The notes below the pieces were generated by a model, which was given only the letters and a program-made list of their open reading frames with translations, was not told the DNA's origin and did not search any database. Below, one piece after another: positions 30,197 to 41,449 of a DNA stretch of 64,000 nucleotides. Within the stretch, counting starts at the first letter, position 1, and each line of letters opens with the position of its first letter. This stretch comes from Tetramitus jugosus. Lineage: Eukaryota > Protista > Heterolobosea. Position numbers and translations under genes: made by a program. Location of the stretch: contig OW569358.1 in the NCBI GenBank assembly GCA_937625935.1, positions 1-64,000 on the forward strand. The letters run 5' to 3'.

Positions 30197-31039
30197 TTAA
30201 AAGTATTGAGGATAACATGGACGATATCCGAATATTTTTCCAATGCGTGCAAGCAATGGAATCACCAATTGATTCACCAATGGATGTCGTTGAACAAAAA
30301 CGCTTCTCTTGTAGTGATCTTCAATCACAGCATCCTGGAGCACACGACTCAGGCGATGACCGAGAGATGCAGGCGAATGTTGAGTCAGAGAGGTGTCATT
30401 GGCTAATCCGAGCACGGTTTTGATGTATGGCTCAAAATTCAAACTTGGTCTCACTTGCACCACCATGTGCAATGGTTCTGAACCAAGGACATTGCCCCAC
30501 GTGTGCACTGTGTCAGGTGGAATGGCACACTGCTCCTCTGGCATGCACTCCATCAGTTCTCCATCAATCAACACAGTCAACGCACCAGACAACACCTCAA
30601 ACGACTCTGATGCATCCATGTGCTTATGCTCTGGAAACAGGAAGTTATCAGTCGGTTCTAACCACATCTCCATACTCGTGTACTCTCCATTTGTTTTCTT
30701 GGATTGTTCTAGGAACTTGAGCTTGAACTGACGTACAGGATCTTCATAAAGCGTCGTCATGGAATAAATATTGGCATCTTGACAATCGATGGTTGTGTAG
30801 TCGACGAGACGAGCACCCAGTTCAATCACAATGGCCAAAAAAACAACAAGAGTCATGACCACAAGTGTCTGAGAGGAAAAGCTTAATGCAGACGACTCAT
30901 TCACACTGCTGTTAGACGTGTGCACCTTGCCGTTGTGTTGCAGTGTCGCATTCTCTGTTTGATCACCATCACTCGATTCATGATGATTCGTAGATGGCAG
31001 TTTCTCCTGTTCTGATTTTCTGGTCATCTGATGGTCCAT
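30197..31039 (-). CDS. Cupin-domain protein with N-terminal TM anchor
   Basis: PEHKH..ASESFEVLSG...IPPDTVHTWGN cupin motifs. Confidence 0.82.
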   Translation of the reverse strand: MDHQMTRKSEQEKLPSTNHHESSDGDQTENATLQHNGKVHTSNSSVNESSALSFSSQTLVVMTLVVFLAIVIELGARLVDYTTIDCQDANIYSMTTLYEDPVRQFKLKFLEQSKKTNGEYTSMEMWLEPTDNFLFPEHKHMDASESFEVLSGALTVLIDGELMECMPEEQCAIPPDTVHTWGNVLGSEPLHMVVQVRPSLNFEPYIKTVLGLANDTSLTQHSPASLGHRLSRVLQDAVIEDHYKRSVFVQRHPLVNQLVIPLLARIGKIFGYRPCYPQYF

Positions 31040-31223
31040 GTCTGTGGCCTGTTACGGGATTTTTCAAAAAGATGTTGGCGTTCAGTTTGTCGGGCAGGAA
31101 TTCAGAAATACCGCAAATGTTGCGCAATCCGCTGCTCGGAATTCACTTCAAAGCTGGCGCGAAACTTCATTGCATTGCGGGGCCAACCAATCAACAAAAC
31201 AATCAACACACAAACACAAAAAA

Positions 31224-31634
31224 ATGGTCTCTATTAACGTTGCTGCTGAATTTGGATATGTACTCCTGATCGCGATCTTGTATCAATTCGAACTACTTTA
31301 CTTTGGCTCCAAAGTCGGTGCCATGAGAAAGAAGCACAATGTCAAGTACCCTGATGTCACTGGTCCTCCAGAGTTCAACAGAGCCATGAGAGTTCACTAC
31401 AACGCCATTGAAGGAGTCAGCTTGTTCCTTGTTTTGCTCGTCTTGTGTGGCCTCTATTCTCCATTGCTCGGTATCATTGGTGGAATCATCTACATGGTTG
31501 GTAGAATGATATATGCGTTGGGATATTACGCAGCAGTTGAAAAGAGAATGGCTGGTGCGATCGTGTTCCATGTTGCTGAATTGATTTTGCTGTACGGAAG
31601 TGTGATGCTCACCGTTGGTATCATCAGACAATAA
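31224..31634 (+). CDS. MAPEG family microsomal glutathione S-transferase (MGST3-like)
   Basis: RKKHNVKYP, FNRAMRVHYNAIE, GRMIYALGY. Confidence 0.9.
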   Translation: MVSINVAAEFGYVLLIAILYQFELLYFGSKVGAMRKKHNVKYPDVTGPPEFNRAMRVHYNAIEGVSLFLVLLVLCGLYSPLLGIIGGIIYMVGRMIYALGYYAAVEKRMAGAIVFHVAELILLYGSVMLTVGIIRQ

Positions 31635-32017
31635 ATTATTTAAGTTTTTTTTAATATTCAATATGAGCATTAGATGCAGATATCACTGATCTTTCTTTGT
31701 GTCTGTTAAGGATATGCCGTAGAAAGCAAGACACCTTCATCGTGCACACTGTACAAACAGCAAAAGGAAGGAGGTAATAGTTCACGACTAAATACGATCT
31801 ATTGAACGATCTCATAAAGGGTATTAATCGAAACAAGAGAGTATTTATCTGTTCAGATACTGTAGATATGGCTGTGTCTATCAAACGAGTATTAGACAAA
31901 AAGTGTGGTTGAGCAGCTCAACTTGGTGACAAGTCAGAACTTTTAGACATTAACCAGGACAGCAATCTTCTACTATAACAAGTCTACAGTGCAACATTGA
32001 TTTCTGATATCTGTATC

Positions 32018-32350
32018 TTATAATTCCATTGAAACAGCATCTTTCAACATTGATTTTCTAATACGAGGCTCAGTCAAGGAGCCTTCGGGTATAATATCGG
32101 CTTTTCTGTTGAGGATCTTCTCCAATTCCAATTGAAGGTCTATAATGTGCATGACGTGAATGTTTTTAGATGGGTCAAAAGTAACAAGAATGTCAATATC
32201 ACTGTCCATTGTATGTTTGTTCCTTGAAAATGAACCTACCACAGAGGCTTTGATAACATTGTGTTTCTTTAGTATTGGTATGATAATAGGAATGACTTCG
32301 GATACGTGGGGAACTCTTTGTCTTGGTGAATGTTGGCGTAAGGGAGTCAT
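32018..32350 (-). CDS. Minimal nucleotidyltransferase (MntA-type antitoxin), bacterial/archaeal-like
   Basis: 110 aa with GSFSR.....SDIDILV (GSx10DxD) and LELEKILNRKADII, the classic MNT layout. Confidence 0.85.
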   Translation of the reverse strand: MTPLRQHSPRQRVPHVSEVIPIIIPILKKHNVIKASVVGSFSRNKHTMDSDIDILVTFDPSKNIHVMHIIDLQLELEKILNRKADIIPEGSLTEPRIRKSMLKDAVSMEL

Positions 32351-32389
32351 GTCTTGTGGTGTTCTTTGGTTTCGTTGTTGTGCGCCAAT

Positions 32390-32821
32390 ACCAACAAGGA
32401 ATTTCTAAAAGACAACAACTTGATTAGTAAACTGACATTTATTGTTGATAAGACAAATAATGTTGATGTAATTTGCTAATAACGAGGTGCTGTTTAGTGC
32501 AGTGCGTAATTGGTTTACTATTGCTGGTGAAGCAGCAAACAAGTTGCTCGAAGTTGTGATAAAATTGGTATCAAATTGGGTGATGAGACCGTCAAAAAGT
32601 TATCGCAGTTCGCCCGGTTGAAAGACTATTTGCTCCATCAGTATGACAAAATTTACGCACGACTTACATACGGGTTTTTGTCTTTCGTTCCTCCTGATCT
32701 TTCCTTTTTCCGTTCACTACTAGAATATCTCGAGGAGAGGATAAAAGTGCGTTACCAAGAGATGACGATGACCAACCACCACCAGATCAGTTTCTCAGTG
32801 CTTAGACTCAATGACTTTTAG
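32390..32821 (+). pseudogene. Frameshifted DUF86/HepT-type HEPN ribonuclease toxin
   Basis: Three frames join into KEFLKD..VDV / FANNEVLFSAVRNWFTIAGEAANKL (32472-32546) / ..FARLKDYLLHQYDKI. This matches the DUF86 pattern 'AV.R..EIIGEA..L' and 'RN.L.H.Y'. There is one extra base at ~32471 and one missing base at ~32555. Confidence 0.7.
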
Positions 32822-33373
32822 CATTGTAGAAGGTACCGAATTCTACAAATCAACAGTAATAAATTCATTGTTGGTTTTTACATCTTGTGTAATTCAACAA
32901 TTTTTCAATACACTGTAATTGCAAACAAACAAGATCAGAACAATGAAGACGACTATTCTGTCTGTTACTGTGTGCTGCACATAGCTACCTGACGGTAACC
33001 ATGGATTCGACGAGTTCTGATTGATGAAACCAATTTCTTTCGATGGAAAGTAGTTTCTTGCTGACCACTCACATTCAACAATATCAACCTTCCACTTCAT
33101 TTCCCATCTACCAACAACTCAAGGAGTGTAGTTTTAATTAGTAGTATAATTACATTCTGATGTCGCTCTAGAGCTAGCTTTCCTTTTTTTCATGACAACG
33201 AAGCCCGTATCGTTCAATCAACTGCATCTATTCCTTCAGAGAGTGATGTTGGTGTAGTTCATACTGCACGAATTCGTTGGTACATTCCCTGTATTTGGCT
33301 TCAAAGCAAGAATTGACAGATGACCGATCATTTCACACACCACGATTCTCCAGTCAGGATTCGTAATTGAAAA

Positions 33374-33429
33374 TTTGGCGGCAAACATGAGCGTTCGGAT
33401 GTTACGCGCCATTTTCTTCCCGCGCAAAA
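33374..33429. promoter_or_regulatory. Cluster of E2F-like CG motifs upstream of Wee1
   Basis: TTTGGCGG (33374), CGCGCC (33405) and TTCCCGCGCAAA (33417). Confidence 0.35.
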
Positions 33430-33872
33430 CATCCTCTCGTTATGCGCCACACCCACAACAAAAAAACACGAAAACAGATTCTGTAACGCCCGATCTTCGG
33501 TACTTGGCATTTAGTATAACAACAACAACAAAAGCCACTCGAATCACGCACTTTCACCCAACAACATCACAGTACTACTATTGCCGTTCTTAGTGAGATC
33601 TATCATCCCTCATTCTCGACTTTGATCCAAAAGAGTACTCGCGCCTTCCACTAAAAAAACAGTTTACAGTGGGAAAAATCTAACGAACACCAGAAAATAT
33701 TTTTCCTCCAGCAATATCGAGAAATATCTCGAACTGTCATCCACACGTTCTCTCACCCAGCTTCACTCTCCAACCCCATTTGTAAATAATACAACAAGCT
33801 CAAGCTCCAAAACTTGACATTTCACCAACAACTAATCTAATTAATACAGCACGACTGAACACTAACATCAAC

Positions 33873-36446
33873 ATGAAAGCAAACGCAAAACGTCTATTAC
33901 CCTATGACAGAAGACTGTTCCACAATGACACATCAGACGTAAGTTCACTTGACTTTTTTGCAGCCATTCGCTCTCATCCAAAATACAACAACAAAATTTT
34001 TTTTTTCATGTCAGCAACAAAAAGCTTACTAACTTTTTCCTCATGATAATACACACACACAACCTATACACAGTCACAAGAACCATTCTATCTCTCCACT
34101 GGTGAAATGTCTCCATGTACTCCAACTGACATGGTCCACGCTTTCAAGACGCCAGATGTTTGTCCACCTACGCCCATCAAGACACCATCCACACAGAAAA
34201 AGTCAATGAAGCGAAAGTCTTCTGCTTCTCTGTTGGACACTTCCTCTATCGCTCACAATACTCATCATCATCATCATCATATCCATATGGGTACTCCAAT
34301 GATTAGTAGTAGATCTTCAACCACCAATGATGAGAATCATGTGAATCAATTGTTGCGATCCAACAAGATTAAGAGAGTGGTCTCTGTTGTTGCACCCTCT
34401 CCTGCACCAAAGAGAATGTGTAACAGTGCGCAACGACCTCTGTTTCATTCAACGGCCACTGTTGGTGGTGTTGCATCGACAAATAGTATGATGCATCACT
34501 ATCAACAACAACAACAACACCAACAACAACAACAACACAATAACAACAATAGTATGGATGCTTCTGTGGCGATTGGTGTTGGTGGTGCGTTTCTCTCTGC
34601 TCCAAAAGTGCAACAACACATGAATCCTTCGGCTACTCCATTTAAGCTCGTGAATGAAGGTGCAGGAGCTGGAGTGAAACAGGATCGAGTGTTTCGATCA
34701 CTTCAGTTTGAAGATGAAGATGACAATGATGGAGATGACGATGATGACGTTGTCGAAGAAGAATTTGAAGATGGCTTCCCGTCATCCACTGTCAAGAGCC
34801 ATTCGTATCAATTCTCGAGTGTTCCAAGAAGTACGTCCTCCAAGCAGCACAGCAGAAGATCCACGAGTCCAGTCAACATCAAAGCGGTCAATCTATTTGG
34901 CAATAATGATGATGACAATACGATGCAAGATGAAGAGGAATCTCAGGTGGGCATGATGGAAGATGACGAGCCGAGTAGTCCACTTTTGGGTGCTACGCCG
35001 CCGAGAGAGACTGCGAGTGCCATGCGAGGCCATCACCGCAGTAACAGCAACAATAACAGTATGTTGGGTATTGCTGCTTCTCCACTCTTGTCAAACCATC
35101 GAAGACAATCACACGAAGCATTTGTAGCCTCGGCTGCTACAACGACGACAACAGCACCCCAGTCACCCGACTTGTTCAATCAAGATTATTACACATCAGA
35201 TGAAGAGCTGCTATCGGATGGAGAGAACGAGATGGAGCCATATATTTTTGATGCTGCTAGTCAGTCTCAAATGCCTGGTTGCACACCTCCTAGAATCTCT
35301 CAGAGTTGTAACTTTTCTTCACCTACCAATGTCACACGGATACCTTGTCGATTGACAACAGAGGCTGTGCACGAGAATCCGTTCTCACCCGAGAGAAACA
35401 TTAAGCCCAAAGCAAGACGTTCCATTCGCATGGACGATATTGATATTCTGTCTGATGCAGTTCCAACTAGACCAAGTGCTGAAGAAACTGCGAACGCAAA
35501 TGCGTCTCAGCAAGGAGAAAACTTTATTTTGGCATTCTTCTCTCGATACAAGGAAGATTTTGATGAGATGGCTACACTGGGTGATGGATCGTTTGGCAAG
35601 GTAACAAAGGTTAAGCACAGACTTGACGGAATATGCTATGCCGTCAAGCAAACAAAGAGAAGAATCAAGGGAGAAAAGGACAAGAAGGCCATACTGAAGG
35701 AAGTTCAAGCCCTTGCTACTCTTGTTGACAATCAACATATTGTACGATACTTTTCTGCTTGGCTCGAAGACGATCGTCTCTTTGTACAAACAGAGCTCTG
35801 TGAAGGTGGAACATGGGCTCAACAAATCACAGCACAAACCTACTTTAGAGAAGAACAATTGATCAATATCTTGAGACAGCTCGCCACTGGTTTGCAACAA
35901 ATGCACGCTCAAAATATTGTTCATTTGGATATCAAACCAGAGAATATTTATTTGTCTGATGTTGGCCTGTACAAGGTTGGTGACTTGGGTCTTGCTGCCA
36001 GTTCACTGCAAGAAATTATTGATGTCAACGAAGGTGACTCCAGATACTTGGCAAGAGAATTGCTAAACGGACAGAGTGACGACAATCAATTGACAAAGGT
36101 TGATATCTTTGCTCTTGGTGCTTCCCTCTACGAAGCAGCCATCAGGAGACCATTGCCTAACAATGGAGATGAATGGCACGAGATTCGTAATGGCTTGTTG
36201 AAGCACTTTGATGCATCCGACTATTCAGAAGAGTTTATCTCATTGGTCAAGAGTATGCTCGACCCCGACCCAAAGAGAAGACCTTCTGCCTATGACATTC
36301 TACAACACAAATTGGTCCTTCGATCAAAGATGAGTTACGAAGAACTCGAAAAGAAGTACTATGCTCTGGAAGAGCTCCTTAGAAAACAAAAGGAAACGGA
36401 AGAAGCACTCAGAAGATCATTGGCCCAATTATCTATGCCTCAGTAA
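33873..36446 (+). CDS. WEE1: Wee1 family kinase; 2 exons (33873-33938, 34074-36446)
   Basis: LGDGSFG, YAVK, HLDIKPENI, KVGDLGL and the Wee1-specific EGDSRYL. Intron 33939-34073 is GTAAGT..TACTAAC..CAG and in frame. Confidence 0.9.
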
Positions 36447-36630
36447 CAACGCAATTGGTTCATAGAATCATTGTGTGAAAGGGTCCCTCATTCGTTCAAA
36501 CTCGCTTGTGCTGGCTTTACTACTTGGAAAGGGTGAAACACAAATGCACGAAATTGTTACAACACTTTGCTGCGAAGAAGTTTGTTGACAAACAGTTTGG
36601 CACCAAAAAGATAAATAAATTTTTGTTATA

Positions 36631-38304
36631 TTACTCTAAGCTGTCAACACATTGAATATGAACTGGTTTTCCGTACAAAAAGGATCTCATTGGTGGCATC
36701 ATGCCACTCGTCTCGGAATCCAAGTGTAATAGCCTACCGCACACGGCACACTTCTCCATAAATACATCGTTATATCTTGTCAGATACAACAGCAGGTAGA
36801 TGAGCGGCGTATCATTCAACTCTTTTGTTTGTCGATAGAACTTGATTGCTTCCGTTGCGCAATTGGATATAGAAACGAACACATGATGTTTGGATTGCTC
36901 TTGTGGTTGTAAATTCACATGCTCAATCTCTCTCTTCATTCTCTTCTTTTCTGACTCGAATGTGATGCAGGCTGCGCCATTCTCCATGGTCTGAGGTCCC
37001 GTTACACGCTCATCCATTCCAAATGCCTGAACTCTAATAGGAATCAAACGATCACCGTGCACCGTAATAAACACATGGAGTGCAGATCCGACAGACACGT
37101 GCACCATTCTCAACAATTGATTGGGTTGCTGTGCCTGTTGCTGCTGCTGCGAGTTTTCGCTCTTGAGAGTGGATACTGGTGTCTTGAGATTGAACATGCT
37201 CATGAACCGTATAATGTTGATATGAGATGGTGTGTGCTTCAAATCAACCAAACTATCATTGATCTTTGTTACCAAATCCTTCATCTTATTCAAATCTTCT
37301 CTCACATAGTTCATGAGGTTAAGATTGAGCGGAGGACGGAACGCTCTCACGATTGGTAATTCGTTGCTTGATTTCGAAACGGGTTGAATGCCCTTTGGAA
37401 GCACAGACAGAATCTTTGGTCTCTTGCTAAATGGTAGTACATCTTCACTGCTGCCTGCAGCTGTACCTGTGCCTTTAGCGGTCAATGCCACAGAGGAATA
37501 AATCAGTCCACTATTAAACTTGATAAATGGATCAATAGGCAATGAATGTGCTCTCTTTCTCTTGTTTTTCGTTTCATTCCTTTGTACCGCACCATTCTCA
37601 CTCTTTTCTTCAATCGTTTTTTCACCACCTTCATCATCATCAACATGATTACCATCATCACCACCAAGACTACCATTACTAGTTGTACTAGTAGTGGTAC
37701 CACTTTCATGAACCCACTCCAATTTGGGTACATGTTCATATTCTTCGAGTAATTGATGAGCCAATTGATTGCATGAAATCTTGTTTGCTCTTGATGGAAT
37801 GTCCTCTGATGCACTCGTAACTGCACTCATTGCCATATTCTCCATATTCTTCACATTGTTTGCATAAAGAGAATTGATGTGACTCAAATCACCAGATGCC
37901 CTTCTCAAATAGGGTAAAACAAGTGAACTCAACTTTTCATGTGAGTTTGTTGTTGTTGTAGGAGGAGTAGGAGCTATAGCTATAGTTGATGTAGCTGTAG
38001 TGGTGGTGGTGGTTGTGATTGTTGGAATGCCATTTTTTTGATCACTGACATTTTTGAACACGTCAAACATTTGTCGCACGTTGAGACGCATCTCAACGAG
38101 AAAACTGGACATTTGTTCTACTGTGTCAAGCATTTGTTGAGCAGTGAAATGAATTCTCCGAGCATCAGAAGTCAATGTTGTTGAGGATGAGGAGGAGGAT
38201 GGTGGAGGTGTGGAAGTGGTGGTGGTGGCGGTTGATGGTGGTGATGCATGTTGTGGATGGGAGGGATTTAAGGGTGGTGTTGTTGGAACGTTGGTCGTCG
38301 ACAT
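36631..38304 (-). CDS. MED27: Mediator subunit 27-like
   Basis: C-terminal S.H.VF..I, YL..Y..VF...C..CGRLL....MPP.R....PVH..C zinc motif characteristic of Med27. Confidence 0.7.
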   Translation of the reverse strand: MSTTNVPTTPPLNPSHPQHASPPSTATTTTSTPPPSSSSSSTTLTSDARRIHFTAQQMLDTVEQMSSFLVEMRLNVRQMFDVFKNVSDQKNGIPTITTTTTTTATSTIAIAPTPPTTTTNSHEKLSSLVLPYLRRASGDLSHINSLYANNVKNMENMAMSAVTSASEDIPSRANKISCNQLAHQLLEEYEHVPKLEWVHESGTTTSTTSNGSLGGDDGNHVDDDEGGEKTIEEKSENGAVQRNETKNKRKRAHSLPIDPFIKFNSGLIYSSVALTAKGTGTAAGSSEDVLPFSKRPKILSVLPKGIQPVSKSSNELPIVRAFRPPLNLNLMNYVREDLNKMKDLVTKINDSLVDLKHTPSHINIIRFMSMFNLKTPVSTLKSENSQQQQQAQQPNQLLRMVHVSVGSALHVFITVHGDRLIPIRVQAFGMDERVTGPQTMENGAACITFESEKKRMKREIEHVNLQPQEQSKHHVFVSISNCATEAIKFYRQTKELNDTPLIYLLLYLTRYNDVFMEKCAVCGRLLHLDSETSGMMPPMRSFLYGKPVHIQCVDSLE

Positions 38305-38494
38305 TTTCTCTCTCACGCACTCTCAGCAGCGATTGCAATCCTCTCTCGTGATCGTAGTGTATGCTTTTTTTTGGCGGTAATTTTTATTTTGTTCCTTTTT
38401 CTCCTCTGTTGTTTGTCCGATGACGCAGAAAAAATCATCATCCAGAAAACATTTCTCTTTTGATTGGAACCATACGTATATACTTACTTAAATC

Positions 38495-38734
38495 ATGGAT
38501 TTGGGAAACAGAGCAGTCCGAGGATTCAACATTGGAAGACACATTAGAACTCATCAAGTCTACAACGAACACACTGACTTGTCATGTGAAGGCGAATTTG
38601 AAAAATTGTCTCAATGCCTCAACAGCACCAATTATAAACAAGGAGGAGATATTGATCAATCATGCGCACCACTAATGGAAGCTATGAAGCACTCCTGTGG
38701 ATTGAGAAGGTACGTACACTTTCATGCTGCCTGA
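38495..38734 (+). CDS. Small twin-Cys (CX9C/CX10C, CHCH-like) protein
   Basis: CEGEFEKLSQC ... CAPLMEAMKHSC in a 79-aa ORF. Confidence 0.5.
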   Translation: MDLGNRAVRGFNIGRHIRTHQVYNEHTDLSCEGEFEKLSQCLNSTNYKQGGDIDQSCAPLMEAMKHSCGLRRYVHFHAA

Positions 38735-39100
38735 AACAAATTTATGAATTTTTTTTTGTGGGCAGAAGAACAAGCCAAAACAGTGACTCACACACTTTGT
38801 TTTTTGTATTTGTAATTATTGCTGCATTGTTGTTCAAACAGACCAAACTATGTGACTAGAGTCCTAACAAGACACGCACCAATACCAATTCAATAAATAT
38901 CATAACGGTTTTGAGGTGAAGAAAACACCATGTACACGCACTCTCCCGTAATAATAAACTAAGGGTATATACAAAAATGAAAAGAAATAATTGTTTTACC
39001 AATGATCATATTACAATGTACAAGTGAAAGCTTTCAATACTCAGTTTCACTTTTGTTTTTTTTAACGTGTGGAAAAAAGCGAATTCTGCTGCTTCTTCTC

Positions 39101-39253
39101 TTAGTGTGAATCATCATCTTGTTCCTGCGATCCTCTCAGAATTGGTTTATCTCTTCTGTAGATCACAGTAGTGACTGCAACTAAGATACCATACACAGCG
39201 AACACGGTCAGCGTTGGGTGCTCTTTGATAAAATCAGTGAATGATTGACTCAT
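39101..39253 (-). CDS. Small single-TM protein (50 aa)
   Basis: ATG ORF with one hydrophobic helix followed by RRDK. Confidence 0.4.
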   Translation of the reverse strand: MSQSFTDFIKEHPTLTVFAVYGILVAVTTVIYRRDKPILRGSQEQDDDSH

Positions 39254-39621
39254 GACGTATTCGGTTTTTTTTTGTGTAGGAACTTTATTCATTGGTTTCT
39301 CTCGGAGAAAAGGCAATTTGTGCGAGGTGCAAGGAATTCCAGGGATTTCATGTTATGGTGATGAAACGGTGGGTGTGTTACCAATCGTCAGGTTCAGTCG
39401 CACATTATTCCTCTTTTGTTGGCATCGTCCAAAGTAAATGTTGAATAGCAACGCTCGCACTAACCCCAATTACTGACTCCGACCCCAAAAATCAAACAAA
39501 AAACTTAATTTCGTCCACAAAAGCTTCGAAGGAGCAACAGCTTTTCTTCACATTATTCTTGCCAATCCCCAGAGACCATTCAACTTTCCTCCAACGTTGA
39601 AAAAAATTCAAGCTAGTTATC

Positions 39622-41334
39622 ATGATACGTCCCAACCATCCTCCATCGCCATTTCCCTTGCTTGTGAGTCACGTGGCTGACTCTTCCCATACCAATAACG
39701 ACACGATGGAGAATCAACTTCGATTCTCACACAATTCAAGGTTAGCTCCAGCTAGAACAACCTCTCCACAGGTTCTTCCTCTGAATGGAAAGTCCTCCAC
39801 GTCAAGTCTTCCAGGTTCTGCTCTACTTAAGTACAGATTACAAGAATTGAGAAATGAATTGGTTCATCATTTGGACACCATTCAGCAAATCAAGACTCAA
39901 ATCGGTCACATATCCACAACAATGCAAGTGTTAGCTCCATTAGAACAGTTGGAGGAGCAAGAATTTAGGAGAAGACAAATGCGCTTGCGGTCCACAAAAA
40001 AACAAGCCGCGTCGGAAGGAGATCCTTCAGCGCAAGAAGCATCTCAAACTTCAGCAAGCAAGAAAACGGTTGTTGTTGGAAGAGTTAAAAAGGTTCAACA
40101 ACAGGCGCCTTCATCGTTGGACAGCCCCACTAGCATTGCGATGACTTCAGTGCCTCAGAGACCAAGTGATGACGACATCGAAGATGAGAATGTTGCTACT
40201 ACTGAGAACACTGAAATAGAACCGTCAGATGCTGCTCTCATGATGATGATGAATGCCTATCCGCAGTATTATAGCACACAAAGTAACAATGGTTCAGCTA
40301 CCGAAGCTTCTAGAGCATCCAAGAGACAACGAGATGAGGAGGAAGAGATAGAGGGAGAAACAAGCACCAAACAGTTGCAACAGGATGGAGAAGAGACAGC
40401 AGATACAGAGGAACAGCGAGCACCACAACGCAGGCGAAGAAAAATGCAGAAAAAGGATGACGACAGAATTGAATCGAATAACCCTGAAGGAGTGGAGGAC
40501 GCAGTGGAAGTAGAGAAAAATCACAATAGGGTTGCATCACATTCGTCATCGCCCGACTCGAATCCATTTGGTGCGTTAATTGACGCGGTCGATAATGAAG
40601 TCACAAGTGGTTCAGACGCACCAATCATACCAAGGCAACCACCTCGAACTCCAATCACTCCTTCTCTCACCGTTACTCCCACTCCCAATTTAGCGCGATT
40701 GCCTTTGTATCGAAATGAGAGCAGAGGGCATCCAGTGGGTTCACCATTGCAGGTATTGCCTTCAACTCTGAACAGATCACCGGTTGGTACTACTTATTCT
40801 CCAATTCAACAACCTATGATAACGTTGGATCCTCCAGTGCAGCCATCCAAATCCATGTGTGTCATGTGCAAGAGAGCAAATGTAAATTTAAAGAAGGGAT
40901 ATTCGAGTCGAAACTACACAGAAGATTATCAGGCCGTATTCCCCACCTTCAAGGGTGAAATTGGACTTGTGTGTGGATCGTGCTACATGATTTGCTATAG
41001 CTATAGATCTAAGAAGGGTAAGCCATCTTCGACCTCTCCTCGTACTCTCCATAGATTGCCAAATAGTGTCTCCCATGAACATAAGAACCTGGGTGAGGTA
41101 TACTCAACTCCAGAAACAGTTCATAGGATCATATCCACTGAGGAAGGTCAACCTCTTTCTCCACCACCTACTGAGTTAACACCTCAAGTCCAGATCGAGA
41201 CTCAGCCTGCAAAAGCGAGCACTTCCCCCAAGAAAACTCCAGCCTCGGCAACAACAAGAACCACCGGAAGAAGAAAGAGAAAACCATCTGAAAAAAGAGC
41301 CAGTTTGTATGATAGTGACAGTGATGGTATCTGA
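39622..41334 (+). CDS. Hypothetical nuclear protein: coiled coil, disordered region and CxxC..CxxC putative zinc finger
   Basis: CVMC...VCGSC plus basic NLS-like stretches. Confidence 0.65.
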   Translation: MIRPNHPPSPFPLLVSHVADSSHTNNDTMENQLRFSHNSRLAPARTTSPQVLPLNGKSSTSSLPGSALLKYRLQELRNELVHHLDTIQQIKTQIGHISTTMQVLAPLEQLEEQEFRRRQMRLRSTKKQAASEGDPSAQEASQTSASKKTVVVGRVKKVQQQAPSSLDSPTSIAMTSVPQRPSDDDIEDENVATTENTEIEPSDAALMMMMNAYPQYYSTQSNNGSATEASRASKRQRDEEEEIEGETSTKQLQQDGEETADTEEQRAPQRRRRKMQKKDDDRIESNNPEGVEDAVEVEKNHNRVASHSSSPDSNPFGALIDAVDNEVTSGSDAPIIPRQPPRTPITPSLTVTPTPNLARLPLYRNESRGHPVGSPLQVLPSTLNRSPVGTTYSPIQQPMITLDPPVQPSKSMCVMCKRANVNLKKGYSSRNYTEDYQAVFPTFKGEIGLVCGSCYMICYSYRSKKGKPSSTSPRTLHRLPNSVSHEHKNLGEVYSTPETVHRIISTEEGQPLSPPPTELTPQVQIETQPAKASTSPKKTPASATTRTTGRRKRKPSEKRASLYDSDSDGI

Positions 41335-41449
41335 TGTTTGATGATAGGTTATACAAATAAATGAACCTCCAGTACATTGTAAAGTGTTTGCCAATTGAAT
41401 GTTCAAGCAGAAAGTTCTCCGACAACAAATTGCACGAAATTCAAGGGTC

